Of a DNA stretch of 64,000 bases, positions 38,980 through 48,873 are shown one piece after another. The notes under the pieces were generated by a model, which was given only the letters and a program-made list of their open reading frames with translations, was not told the origin of the DNA and made no database searches. Source of the DNA: Promethearchaeota archaeon (GTDB lineage: Archaea; Asgardarchaeota; Lokiarchaeia; Sigyniarchaeales; SOKP01). The stretch is from the NCBI GenBank assembly GCA_048939995.1, contig JBHLOY010000006.1:79877-143876 (forward strand), given 5' to 3'. The translations under genes and the position numbers were made by a program. The first letter of the stretch is position 1. Each line of letters begins with the position of its first letter.

Positions 38980-40122
38980 ATGGAAAAAGAAATTTTAGCT
39001 TGTATTGAAAAAAAAAACATAAAATACCTTCACTCAGGTCAAATTTCAAAATTTATTTATCCTATGGAGAGACAAGAAGCTCATAAGCGAAAAGTTAGTC
39101 ACTTGATTATTAGAGTCTTTATAGTATCTATTTCACCTAAAAATAATGTCTTTTTTCTGGTTCAAAAGAGAAGTAATAAAAAGAAAGAGTTTCCAGAATA
39201 TTTTACAGATTCTGCTTCAGGGCATGTAATATATAAAAAAAATCTAAATATTAATGATATTAAAAATAACGCAAAAAGGGAATTACAAGAAGAATTCGGC
39301 ATTCCTCCAAAAGCAATTATCCAAATTAAATTCTATGATTTAAAAGCTGAAATAAATGAAAAGACTATAGAAATTGCTTACACTTTTTTAGTTTTAGTAG
39401 AATATAATATCGAATTAAAACCTAATCCAGAGGAACTGGAAATTAGAGACAGTAGGTTTTATAGTAAATCAGAACTGAAACAAATATTAGAAAATGAGAA
39501 ATATATTGATTATTCAAAGAAAATTTGGAAAGAACTTCTTGAATTGGATATTATTAAATACTTCCAACAAAATAATCTCAACAAGAGTCCAGCAAAAAAT
39601 GAAATTGCTTTCTTTATTGGTAGATTTCAACCATTTCATCATGGACATTTATACGTACTTAATCAACTTTTAAAAAGTTATAAGTCCGTCAAAATAGGGA
39701 TAGGTAGCTCCCAACTCTCTAATACTAAGACAGATCCTTTCTCTAGTAAAGAAAGAATCCAATTTATTAGAGCTGCTCTGGAAAAAAGAAATATTAATCA
39801 AGCAAAATACAAAATCTATGAAATTCCAGATATCTTTAATGCTAAAAAATGGGTTGATCATGTAAAATCTATAGTAGGAGAATTTAATATTATTTTTTCT
39901 AATAGCGAATGGGTAAGGCAATTATTTAAAGCAAAAGGATATAGATTAGGAAAAAAAATTACAATTTTCAAGAAGAAGTATAATGGCTCTAAAATCAGAA
40001 AATTAATCAGTAGAAATAATCAGACTTGGAAAAATTTAGTTCCAAAAGAAGTAGCAAATTTAATAGTTCAAAATAATGGTATAGAAAGAATTAAAAATCA
40101 ATCTGAGGCATCTGAGTCATGA
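38980..40122 (+). CDS. nadM: Fusion of N-terminal Nudix (IDI-like) domain and NMN adenylyltransferase
   Basis: VQKRS..K..FP...DSASGH, A.RELQEEFG; FIGRFQPFHHGH, IGIGS.Q, PFS..ER, IPD. Confidence 0.85.
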   Translation: MEKEILACIEKKNIKYLHSGQISKFIYPMERQEAHKRKVSHLIIRVFIVSISPKNNVFFLVQKRSNKKKEFPEYFTDSASGHVIYKKNLNINDIKNNAKRELQEEFGIPPKAIIQIKFYDLKAEINEKTIEIAYTFLVLVEYNIELKPNPEELEIRDSRFYSKSELKQILENEKYIDYSKKIWKELLELDIIKYFQQNNLNKSPAKNEIAFFIGRFQPFHHGHLYVLNQLLKSYKSVKIGIGSSQLSNTKTDPFSSKERIQFIRAALEKRNINQAKYKIYEIPDIFNAKKWVDHVKSIVGEFNIIFSNSEWVRQLFKAKGYRLGKKITIFKKKYNGSKIRKLISRNNQTWKNLVPKEVANLIVQNNGIERIKNQSEASES

Positions 40123-41186
40123 ATAAGCGGAAATATTTAGAAATTGACGGGGCATATGGTGAAGGAGGTGGTTCTATTTTACGGCTTGCTGCCGGTTTTT
40201 CCGTATTATTCAATCTACCAATAAAAATATTCAACATTCGAGCTAATCGTCCTAAAAAAGGATTACGCCTTCAACATCTTCTAGGGTTACAAACATTAGC
40301 TAATTTAACTGGGAGTCAACTTAATGCCCTAGATGGAGAATGTAAAGTCGGCACAGAAGAATTAATTTTTATACCAAATCGGAGCTTTATAAATAAACTT
40401 AATATTGAAGTTAACACTGCAGCTAATATTGGGTTATTACTCCAACCAATCCAGATTTCTAGTCTTGGAATTTCTCAAAATGGTCAGATCGAAATCTTTA
40501 TTAATGGAGGAGGAACCTTTGGTAAGTGGGCTCCTAGCTTAAATTACCTAGCAAATGTAACATATCCTATTCTCAAAAAAAGCGGTCTTGAAATACTAGT
40601 TGATGTGAAAGAATACGGATTTTACCCAAAAGGAGGTGCCTTAACTACATGCACAATAGTTCCTCCCAAATCAAAATTAAAACCAATCAATTTGATAGAA
40701 CTCGGAAATATTGATTTAATCCAAGGTGAAATAATAATCTCAAATTTACAAAAAAATATTGGAGAGAGAATTAAAGGTTCAATAAATCAAGAAATACGAC
40801 ATGACTTCCGAGTTGAAACTGATATAAAGTACTTTACGGTGAAATCTCTTAGCCCAGGGGTAGGAGTATGTCTCTGGGCACATTCTGATTCAGGTGCAAT
40901 CATTTCTTCAGGGACTATTCTTGGTGAGAAAAGTATGAGTTCAGAAAAGTTAGGAAAGATTGCTTCAAGGGAAATTTTAAAATACGTTTACAATCAAATA
41001 CCCATCGATAATTATCTAAGCGATCAATTAATACCACTCATTGCTTTCATTAAAGAACACTCCTCACTTAGAGTACTTGAAATTACAGGACATACTAAGA
41101 CTAATTTGGAATTAGTAAAACTCTTTACAAATAGGGATTATGAAATTACGAAAGATAAAAATTCTTTTATAATTGAATATTTTTAA
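40119..41186 (+). CDS. rtcA: RNA 3'-terminal phosphate cyclase
   Basis: IDG.YGEGGGSILR, IRANRP..GL..QHL, GFYPKGG, D.YLSDQL, H..TN. Confidence 0.93.
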   Translation: MNKRKYLEIDGAYGEGGGSILRLAAGFSVLFNLPIKIFNIRANRPKKGLRLQHLLGLQTLANLTGSQLNALDGECKVGTEELIFIPNRSFINKLNIEVNTAANIGLLLQPIQISSLGISQNGQIEIFINGGGTFGKWAPSLNYLANVTYPILKKSGLEILVDVKEYGFYPKGGALTTCTIVPPKSKLKPINLIELGNIDLIQGEIIISNLQKNIGERIKGSINQEIRHDFRVETDIKYFTVKSLSPGVGVCLWAHSDSGAIISSGTILGEKSMSSEKLGKIASREILKYVYNQIPIDNYLSDQLIPLIAFIKEHSSLRVLEITGHTKTNLELVKLFTNRDYEITKDKNSFIIEYF

Positions 41187-41287
41187 TATTCTTTTGAAAA
41201 CTCTTCTTAAGAGTTGAAATTGCTAAAAACATATAAATGATTATAATTATATGATTTATATAAAAAATTAAATAGTTAAAAACAGAT

Positions 41288-42196
41288 ATGGCAGCTACAA
41301 CGACTCAGCTACGATGTCCCAGATGCGGAAATGAAGTTCGGGCAGATTTCTTTGTCTGTGCTTTCTGTGGTAAACGATTAAGATTTGAAAAAATAGAAAA
41401 CTTTTCCATTTTTAAACGTATCGAGTCAAATTGGACTACTCCCGATCCTTGGTATAAGATATTATTATGGTTATTTATAAAGCCAAATAAGGCATTCTGG
41501 AGCATTAATCATCGCAGAAAGTCCGCTCCAGGCTATATTATATTACTTTTTAATGCTCTACTCTATGGAATTATGGGATTGGCATTTTTCTCACATTTTA
41601 ATATACAAGATGTCCCTCCTCTTGACTTTAGAATCTTTTTTTATAATTTATCTATATTTATCGCCTTCTTTCTTTTTGGTTTGGCATATTTTTTTATTTT
41701 TGGCTTCATTCTAATTTGGTTATTTACAAAGGGAGCAAATTATGCTGTTGGATTTTCAGAAAAATTAGAGTCTTATCTTGGAAGTGAAGCAAAAGAACAG
41801 TATCGTGAAGCAGAAATGAGTCCTTTTAGTATATATAAAGGAGGTACTTTACATCAACAACAAGCTTTTAAATACAAAATGATGTTCTGCTCATTTACTC
41901 CTTTTATTTTAATCAATATCGTCGAAATTATCATTGTATTGATTGGTTTTGGCTCCCAGCCAATTAATATTTTAGGATTGTTCGATCCATTAGTCTTTAA
42001 TGATATTTTTAGTTCTCCTACATGGACAATTTTACATACTATTGATGCGATAACTGTTGGAATTTGGGTTCCAATATTAGTTGCGCTTTCGATAAGAGAA
42101 TTATCAAACTCATCAACCACAAGAGTTTTGTTATCGTCTTTAATAATAGGTATAGTTGTAGCATTGCTTTTCTTCTTCTTACGACCAACATTTTGA
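41288..42196 (+). CDS. Zinc-ribbon plus Yip1-like multi-pass membrane protein
   Basis: CPRCG...CAFCG; L...P..AF..I followed by ~5 TM. Confidence 0.65.
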   Translation: MAATTTQLRCPRCGNEVRADFFVCAFCGKRLRFEKIENFSIFKRIESNWTTPDPWYKILLWLFIKPNKAFWSINHRRKSAPGYIILLFNALLYGIMGLAFFSHFNIQDVPPLDFRIFFYNLSIFIAFFLFGLAYFFIFGFILIWLFTKGANYAVGFSEKLESYLGSEAKEQYREAEMSPFSIYKGGTLHQQQAFKYKMMFCSFTPFILINIVEIIIVLIGFGSQPINILGLFDPLVFNDIFSSPTWTILHTIDAITVGIWVPILVALSIRELSNSSTTRVLLSSLIIGIVVALLFFFLRPTF

Positions 42197-42257
42197 AGAT
42201 AAATTTATTAACTCTAAATCTTCTTTTTATATAATCACTGATCTATTTCCTTGTTAA

Positions 42258-42899
42258 ATGTCTGAAGAACAAAAAAAGAAGGCTAAAATGGATGATATGG
42301 AATCAGAACTTTATTCAATTGTTAATACAATACATACATTGTATAAAAAATATCAAAGTGGTAATTTGAACCACAATTTTTTCCAAAAATCCATTAAAAG
42401 CTGTATGAACGATCTTTTAAAAATTAATTTCGAATTAAAAGAACAAAATATTGATATTTCTGAGTTCTTAGATTATATGGACTTTAATGAACAATACTAT
42501 GGAGCAATTGATATCATAAATAGTGTATCAGATCTTAATTTTTCAAGAATTCATGGCGAGGAATCAGATTTACTCAGTAAAGGAATTAGCGCATCTATCC
42601 TAGAGCTTCCCGGTGTTACTTCTCAAATCACTTCTTCTTTTATTACTCTATTAGATGCGCTCAGATTAAACGCATTAGATAATAAAAATATTACATCTCA
42701 ATTATTTAAGGACATAAAAGATAATCTGGAAAAATTTCCGGGCTTAGAATTAATTCGATTTAACCTTGAAAACATTTATAAAAATGTTTTAAACAACTAC
42801 TCAAAATTTATTAAAAATAAGAAGTTTAGAGATTCAATTGAAGATGATTTATACAAACTATATCAAGATTTTCAAAAGAAATTGAATTTGAGAGATTAG
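42258..42899 (+). CDS. vps28: Vps28-like ESCRT-I subunit
   Basis: SELYSIVNTI..L...Y (N-terminal core), IT.SFITLLDALRL and DL...Y..F...L (C-terminal four-helix bundle). Confidence 0.75.
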   Translation: MSEEQKKKAKMDDMESELYSIVNTIHTLYKKYQSGNLNHNFFQKSIKSCMNDLLKINFELKEQNIDISEFLDYMDFNEQYYGAIDIINSVSDLNFSRIHGEESDLLSKGISASILELPGVTSQITSSFITLLDALRLNALDNKNITSQLFKDIKDNLEKFPGLELIRFNLENIYKNVLNNYSKFIKNKKFRDSIEDDLYKLYQDFQKKLNLRD

Positions 42900-42991
42900 T
42901 TAAAATAATAAAATTAATTAACTTGTTACAACTTTATATTATATTAATTTAAGAGTCAAATTTCAATTAAAAGATTCTAAAGGGAGCTTAA

Positions 42992-43261
42992 TTGCCAAGA
43001 CCAGGATTACGATCAAAAGCTAAAGCGAGAAAAAAGCTAAAAACCCCAGGAAACCGTACAACAATGCATTATTGGAGAAGAAAGCCAAGTAAAACTCAAT
43101 GCATCATATGTAAGAAACCACTTCAATCAATTCCACGACTAAGACCTTCTGAAATGAAAAAAACAGATAAAACATCCAGAAGAGCAAATAGAATAGCTAG
43201 CGGGCGTTATTGTGCTAAATGCTTACAAAGTATAGTTAAAGAGACCGTATGGCATTTATAA
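42992..43261 (+). CDS. rpl34e: Ribosomal protein eL34
   Basis: MPRP, KTPG.R...H, CxxC..PL, R..R...G..C..CL. Confidence 0.95.
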   Translation: MPRPGLRSKAKARKKLKTPGNRTTMHYWRRKPSKTQCIICKKPLQSIPRLRPSEMKKTDKTSRRANRIASGRYCAKCLQSIVKETVWHL

Positions 43262-43314
43262 GATTCTCTTAATATCCCTGCTTAATTTTAGATCTTCAAT
43301 CACGTTACTCCAAG

Positions 43315-43860
43315 TTGACCAATGTGATTATTACAATTTCAGGCCTTCATGGAACTGGAAAATCCACAATTGGAAAATTAATTGCAAAAGCTCTTGGCCT
43401 TACTTTTTACTCCACGGGTGAAGCTTTCAGAGAGCTAGCGCATGAAAAAAAAATGACTCTAAAAGAATTTACTGAATATGCTGAAAACAATCCTGATATT
43501 GACCTTGAACTAGATAAAAAAGTCATTGAAATTGCTAAAAAAGGGAATATCATAGTAGATAGTCAATTAAGCGGATTCCTTCTTGAAAATATAGCAGATT
43601 TTAGAATACATTTAGTATGCCCTATCGATGTAAGAGTCAATAGGATGGGCTTTAGAGATCAAACTCCATATAAAGAAAAATTAAAAGAAACCACTTTAAG
43701 AGAAAGATCAGAAGCTATACGCTTCAAAAAATTATATAATATTGATATAACAGATCTGAACAAAATAGATGAAAATTTCGATTTGATTATAAATACTGAG
43801 AATTTAACAATCGAACAAGTTGTGGATATTATACTTAAAAAACTGGATGAAGTAGCTTAA
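43315..43860 (+). CDS. cmk: Cytidylate kinase (archaeal type)
   Basis: ITISGL.GTGKST, G..FRE.A, D..LD, RF..LY.ID. Confidence 0.92.
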   Translation: MTNVIITISGLHGTGKSTIGKLIAKALGLTFYSTGEAFRELAHEKKMTLKEFTEYAENNPDIDLELDKKVIEIAKKGNIIVDSQLSGFLLENIADFRIHLVCPIDVRVNRMGFRDQTPYKEKLKETTLRERSEAIRFKKLYNIDITDLNKIDENFDLIINTENLTIEQVVDIILKKLDEVA

Positions 43861-43977
43861 ACCTTCTAATTAACAAAACATAAAAGATTTATTTTTAGTA
43901 TAATTTCTTCATTTACAAACAAATGTTTATCCCGACTGAAGCTTAAATTCAGTTGTGATAAATGAACACAAAATAAT

Positions 43978-44262
43978 TTGGTGACGAATTATATGAGTAT
44001 TTATGATATAGGAAGAGTTTGTGTAAAAACAATGGGAAGAGAAGCAGGAAATTACTGTGTTGTGGTAGACATTATTGACAAGAACTATGTAATAATCGAT
44101 GGCTTAAAAATTCGAAGAAGGAGAGTGAATTATAAACATATTGAGCCTTTAGCTGATATAATCGAGATTAAAAAAGGTGCTAAACATGAAGATGTAGAAG
44201 CAGCCATTAAAAAAGCTAAATTGGATAAAAAAATGAAAGAAACTATAGAAATCCCTAAATAA
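43978..44262 (+). CDS. rpl14e: Ribosomal protein eL14
   Basis: IGRVCVK..GREAG..CVVVDIID.N, RRRVN..HIEP; likely ATG at 43993. Confidence 0.96.
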   Translation: MVTNYMSIYDIGRVCVKTMGREAGNYCVVVDIIDKNYVIIDGLKIRRRRVNYKHIEPLADIIEIKKGAKHEDVEAAIKKAKLDKKMKETIEIPK

Positions 44263-44331
44263 TAAAATAAGCTTGAAATTCCCTAATAAATATAAATAAC
44301 GCTTAATTGCGTTATTTAACTTAAATTTTTT

Positions 44332-44433
44332 GCAGACATAGCCTAGCCTGGTACGGCGCCAGCTTGGAGAGAATTTCTTACCTAATAAGCTGGTGTGTGA
44401 AAGCACTCGAGGGTTCAAATCCCTCTGTCTGCG
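44332..44433 (+). tRNA. tRNA-Ser (GGA) with canonical 37/38 intron (44370-44387)
   Basis: GCAGACA/TGTCTGC with G73; CCAGC-TT-GGA-G^A-GCTGG; long variable arm; GAGGG-TTCAAAT-CCCTC; BHB central helix TTGG/CTAA. Confidence 0.92.
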
Positions 44434-44466
44434 TACTTTCTTTTGAGTTATTAACATCTAGGGATC

Positions 44467-45150
44467 TTAAACATCTGGAAACTCCAGAGCTTTTGATTTA
44501 CCACCACCCATCATCTGTTCAAAGCCACCGGATGCTTGAGTTTGCAACTTAAAAATTCTTTGGATGATAGTATTCATTCCAAAGCTACAGAGAAAATACC
44601 ATGCCGTAAAATTAATCCATCCGTGGTATGGTTGAATAATTTTATACATATTATAAAATGCCAATGTCCAATCTGGAGCTGGTGGTCCCCCAGTAAATGC
44701 TGCTATTATTCCTCCAATAAATGGTATATCATTTGCATTCATAGGAGATAATGCGACTGGTATAGGTATATTGTCTGGTCTAAACACAAAGTTTACAATC
44801 GTAAATATTATTATCATTGGTAAAAAAGTGATACATGTGGGCTTTATACGCTGGAGTGACATTCTCTGCTGAGTCTGTTTAAACATACTGTCTTTACGTT
44901 CCCATCTTTTGCGAAGCTTTCTATATCGTTCAACATCCGTTTCTGCTAATTCTATAATCTTAGATTTTTCTTCATTATGAGCCTTTAAAGCTTTCTGTTT
45001 CCTATTCATCTCATCAATATCAGTTAGCCATTTTGTCAATCCTGTGCTTAACAATGCTGTTGCTGTAGCTAACAGTAAAACAAAAAACATTGCACCAGGG
45101 GGATAACTAAACCACCCTAGAGGGTAATCTTGAAAAATTATTAGTAACAT
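44467..45150 (-). CDS. EMC3/TMCO1 (DUF106, Oxa1 superfamily) membrane insertase
   Basis: TM1, coiled coil, KP..IT..P, WYFLCS; downstream of secY. Confidence 0.88.
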   Translation of the reverse strand: MLLIIFQDYPLGWFSYPPGAMFFVLLLATATALLSTGLTKWLTDIDEMNRKQKALKAHNEEKSKIIELAETDVERYRKLRKRWERKDSMFKQTQQRMSLQRIKPTCITFLPMIIIFTIVNFVFRPDNIPIPVALSPMNANDIPFIGGIIAAFTGGPPAPDWTLAFYNMYKIIQPYHGWINFTAWYFLCSFGMNTIIQRIFKLQTQASGGFEQMMGGGKSKALEFPDV

Positions 45151-45247
45151 AGATAGTGTACAATATATTCAGTCTTATTTTAAATTTTTTAGTGATTCGA
45201 TCATCTTCAAAATTGACCGAAATTAAGAGGAAAAGAAATAGCGGTAC

Positions 45248-46702
45248 CTAATCCAGCCCAAGGAAGCTTCGCATGCCAGGGTATTGGCTTGCAGCCACCT
45301 CCTTCGCGATTGTTTCTGAATATTGGTGAACGATGCCGATAGCGATTAAGAGTCCCGTACCTGAAGTCAGTGCTCCTAATGAATCGGCGAAAAAGCTCAT
45401 GCCTGCGATGATGATTCCGTTGATAATAACTAAAGTGGGAATGTATCTCTTCAAAATTCTTTCAATTATACGCTCTGAACTTCTAAATCCTGGAACACTC
45501 ATGCCAGAATCGAGAATTTGTTGGGCGATATCGCGTGGTGCTAATCCTGAAACTTCAACCCATAGACGGCCGAGCATTACACAGAGGAAAATGAATATCA
45601 CTAAATATATGACGGCTCTTAAGGGATCTTGGAGCAGTGCGTCAATTCCTTGGGGCGGTGAGAGATAATATAATAATCCCCCTGTCGGAAGTAAATATTG
45701 TCCTTGCTGGATACCTTCCGTACGTGGTTCAAATACTCCAATGAGATTTAGCCAAAATTGAGTATCTGCATTCCGCAAAGCGGAATCAGGACCCGCAATT
45801 AATTGCCCAAAGAATAATAAATTTGCATATAAAGCATTCACTAATATTACGGGAATATTAGATACATATAGCAACTTCATTGGATATTTTCCTCTAAAAC
45901 CCCTATATCCTCTATATGTCAGAGGTATTTCCACTCTAGTCGATTCAAGCCAAATAACAATAACAAAAATAATTAATGTAGTAATCCCCCCTAAAATTGA
46001 AGGTAATTGCCCTCTTTGAAAAAGTGAGGCAGTATCTAAATCAGGATTGGTAAATGATTCAAAAAACGCAACGACAATACCTCTTGCTCCTTCTGGAGTG
46101 TTTAAACCATAAAAACTGAAGCAATTTACAAATATTTGTCCTGCCACTCCAGCTGCTATGAATAAAGAGACTCCACTTCCCAGACCCCATCCTTTTTGCA
46201 ATAATTCATCTAAGAGTATTATGATAATTCCGGCGAATAATAGCTGTAGAAGAATAAATGTCTGTGTTGCAATACCTAAACCAGGACCAAAAGCTCCCCC
46301 TATAATATATGCAACAGCATTAAATATGGTTAAAAACATAGCCATTACTTTTTGGGAACCGCTAAACATAGCTCTATCATAAGGATCACTCATATCCACT
46401 TTAATTATTTTTGAACCGAGTAATAACTGCATTACTAAACCAGCAGTAACTATGGGACCAATTCCTAGTTCTGTTAACGTTCCTCTTTGACTTGCTAAAA
46501 TTACTCTTAACCAATAATAGTAATCGGTTGTTTCTGAGAGATTTACACCATATATTGGAATACTAGATAAAATGATATAAATGATTAAAACTATAGCAGT
46601 CCAAATGAGTTTTTCTTTGAAACTTACTTCTCTTTGGGGTTGTTTTAACTCCGGCATTATCCGTACAAATGGAGAAAAAAACTTTAGAAATTTACCTCCC
46701 AT
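45248..46702 (-). CDS. secY: Protein translocase SecY/Sec61-alpha
   Basis: ASQRGTL.ELGIGPIVTAG, DELLQKGWGLGSG.SLFIA, YP.KLLYVSNIPVIL, PGFR, RYIP, SGTGLL. Confidence 0.97.
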   Translation of the reverse strand: MGGKFLKFFSPFVRIMPELKQPQREVSFKEKLIWTAIVLIIYIILSSIPIYGVNLSETTDYYYWLRVILASQRGTLTELGIGPIVTAGLVMQLLLGSKIIKVDMSDPYDRAMFSGSQKVMAMFLTIFNAVAYIIGGAFGPGLGIATQTFILLQLLFAGIIIILLDELLQKGWGLGSGVSLFIAAGVAGQIFVNCFSFYGLNTPEGARGIVVAFFESFTNPDLDTASLFQRGQLPSILGGITTLIIFVIVIWLESTRVEIPLTYRGYRGFRGKYPMKLLYVSNIPVILVNALYANLLFFGQLIAGPDSALRNADTQFWLNLIGVFEPRTEGIQQGQYLLPTGGLLYYLSPPQGIDALLQDPLRAVIYLVIFIFLCVMLGRLWVEVSGLAPRDIAQQILDSGMSVPGFRSSERIIERILKRYIPTLVIINGIIIAGMSFFADSLGALTSGTGLLIAIGIVHQYSETIAKEVAASQYPGMRSFLGLD

Positions 46703-46891
46703 TCTGTATCAATACCTTCATTTTTATTGAGAAGTCTAATTTATACAATAATTTTACTTTCGTGCTTGATAAATGTAAATAATAAAAAATTAAATTTAAA
46801 AAAAAGTTTTTGATCAAACTGATTTTTTTAACAAATTTCGAGGATAAAAAATAAAAAATAGGGTAAAAAAAAAATTTAATTCAGATTTGTT

Positions 46892-47179
46892 TCAGAAGAG
46901 CGAACCAATTCCAGTAGGTTCTTCTTCCTCTTCTTCCTCTTTCTTCTTTTCTTCTTTCTTTTCTACTTTAGGTGCTGCACTTGGGGCCGCTATAACAGGA
47001 GCAGAGCCTGTGGATTTAATTATATCCTCAATTTTGACCTCTTTTAAACCTGCTATAAGTTTAGTCAGTTCTGTCTTATCGACTTTAGTACCTGCAGCCT
47101 CCAAAACCTTCTCTAAGTTTGCTTCTGTAATCTTTTTATTGGCTTTATGTAGCAGTAAAGCAGCGTAAATAGATTCCAT
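46892..47179 (-). CDS. rpl12: Ribosomal stalk protein P1/P2 (aL12)
   Basis: IYAALLLH, VLEAAG, A-rich hinge, EEEEEE..GIGSLF. Confidence 0.96.
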   Translation of the reverse strand: MESIYAALLLHKANKKITEANLEKVLEAAGTKVDKTELTKLIAGLKEVKIEDIIKSTGSAPVIAAPSAAPKVEKKEEKKKEEEEEEEPTGIGSLF

Positions 47180-47243
47180 ATCTTATAACCTCCAATTCTT
47201 AATTTCAATAATTTTTAACTTTATTAATTTTAATTTGAAAAAT

Positions 47244-48137
47244 TCAGCCAAACAAACCTCCTATCCCAACTTCTTCCTCTTCTTCTTCTTCCTTTTCAGG
47301 TTTTTTTACTTCAGCTTTAGGTTCTTCTTTAGGAGCTACTTGTATTCCTTCTCCAAATATAATTGCATTTAGCAAATTAGCATTCGCAACCGCTTTTTGG
47401 ATATAGTATTTTGTCATATCTTCAAATAAAACGGGGATTTCAAAGAGGATTCCAAGAGCCTCTCTATAAGCTTTTGATAAATCTTGTTTAAACTGATCTA
47501 CATTCATATATAGAATATCTTCTGGTATTATCTCACCATCACTCCACGCAGAATGTATTTTGATTAAAGATTCAATAGGTTTAATCCCCAATTTTTTTAA
47601 AACTGCTGCCTGTTTAACATCAACAACATCTCCTGCTTTATGCGTTCTGGTATCTTCTCTTATCCAAATCGTATCATTTTGTATTCTAGTTGGCAGTTTT
47701 AGAGTCATATTTAATTCTGATATAACTTGACCAGTAGGTAATCCTGTATCTCCTGCTGGAACCCAAATATCTACTGGAGTTACTTCATCTGGTTTAGCTG
47801 GAACCATCCATTCATTTTCATTAAAAACCTTCTTTAACTCAAAAATATCCATATTTGTGAAGCATAAGGCTGATTGTCCTGGAATATTTTCTGCAAATAT
47901 CTCTAAGTTTAGCTTTTTTGACTCCTTTTTGTATTCCTCTATCGCTCTTAACTGTAGATTTTTTTTAGACATTCTAATAACAGCTTTTCCTCTTAGAAGT
48001 TTTCGGGTTTCTTGAATTTGTCTATCGTTTAAATTAGCAACTTCAATTACAGCGATATTCTTATTATTCTTAAACAAATCTATTAAGCTACTAACTTCAT
48101 TTTTCTTCCATTGTGGAATGGTTTTTTTTCCAATCAA
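47244..48137 (-). CDS. rpl10: Ribosomal protein uL10 (P0)
   Basis: PQWK..EV, R..LRG, PAK, PAG.TG, LKKLGI.P, acidic GIGGLFG tail. Confidence 0.96.
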   Translation of the reverse strand: MIGKKTIPQWKKNEVSSLIDLFKNNKNIAVIEVANLNDRQIQETRKLLRGKAVIRMSKKNLQLRAIEEYKKESKKLNLEIFAENIPGQSALCFTNMDIFELKKVFNENEWMVPAKPDEVTPVDIWVPAGDTGLPTGQVISELNMTLKLPTRIQNDTIWIREDTRTHKAGDVVDVKQAAVLKKLGIKPIESLIKIHSAWSDGEIIPEDILYMNVDQFKQDLSKAYREALGILFEIPVLFEDMTKYYIQKAVANANLLNAIIFGEGIQVAPKEEPKAEVKKPEKEEEEEEEVGIGGLFG

Positions 48138-48141
48138 TCTG

Positions 48142-48870
48142 TTACACCTCTATTGATTTTAAATATTGTTCATCAATTTTAATAGGATGCCCCATAGTAG
48201 TTTTCAGATACATAGATTTAATATTATTATACTTATGGGGCATTTGCTCAGCAATATAATCAACTACAGCTTTCAAATTTTCAAAAACATGTTCTTTTTC
48301 CATCGACTTTTTTCCAATTTTGACTTGTATTTGAGGTTGTTTTTTTAATTGAATTCGAATAGCTTTTAAATATCGCTCTATAGCAACTTTTAAATCATCT
48401 GGATTAGAAATTATTCCATATCCACTAGGGAAAGGTTTTGGCATTTTACCAACTGGGCCTAAAAATCGAGCAAGATATCGAGCCAAGTTTGGCATCATTT
48501 TATCTTCTACGACAAAAAAATCGTATTTTTTAACAAATTTCTTTTTATATTTTTTTTCTTCGTTATTCAATTTAATTAAACCCTCTTCATCCAGAGTATC
48601 TAAACCTAATTTCTTTGCTTCTAAGAGAATGTCATCTGAAGCGACAACACATATATTTGGATTTTCGGAGATAATAACATTGTTAGGTAAGAGGACTTCT
48701 TTATCAATTCTCTGTTTTGGGTCATTCAAATTTAGATCTTTAAGATTAATGATAAAATCTATGCTTTCATCAAAATTTCTAACCTTGTCCTTAAAACCTT
48801 TTTTTTGTTTCACTGAAAATTTAATTGCTGCATTTAATGATTTTCTTAACATTTTATCGTCTAATTTCAT
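48142..48870 (-). CDS. rpl1: Ribosomal protein uL1
   Basis: RNF.ESID..INLK, LP, LGP.GKMP, KTTMG. Confidence 0.96.
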   Translation of the reverse strand: MKLDDKMLRKSLNAAIKFSVKQKKGFKDKVRNFDESIDFIINLKDLNLNDPKQRIDKEVLLPNNVIISENPNICVVASDDILLEAKKLGLDTLDEEGLIKLNNEEKKYKKKFVKKYDFFVVEDKMMPNLARYLARFLGPVGKMPKPFPSGYGIISNPDDLKVAIERYLKAIRIQLKKQPQIQVKIGKKSMEKEHVFENLKAVVDYIAEQMPHKYNNIKSMYLKTTMGHPIKIDEQYLKSIEV

Positions 48871-48873
48871 TTA

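Noticed and set aside
44149-44552. ORFs 44149-44457(-) and 44364-44552(+)
   Set aside because: Shadow ORFs overlapping tRNA-Ser, eL14 and the DUF106 gene.
45248-45300. SRP RNA-like GGAAG/GCAGC words in the GC-rich patch
   Set aside because: Helix-8 geometry could not be built and the region is secY coding sequence.
45333-47168. Plus-strand ORFs 45333, 46158 and 46887
   Set aside because: Antisense shadows of secY and the P1/P2 gene; the same applies to the other short antisense or alternate-frame ORFs in the track.
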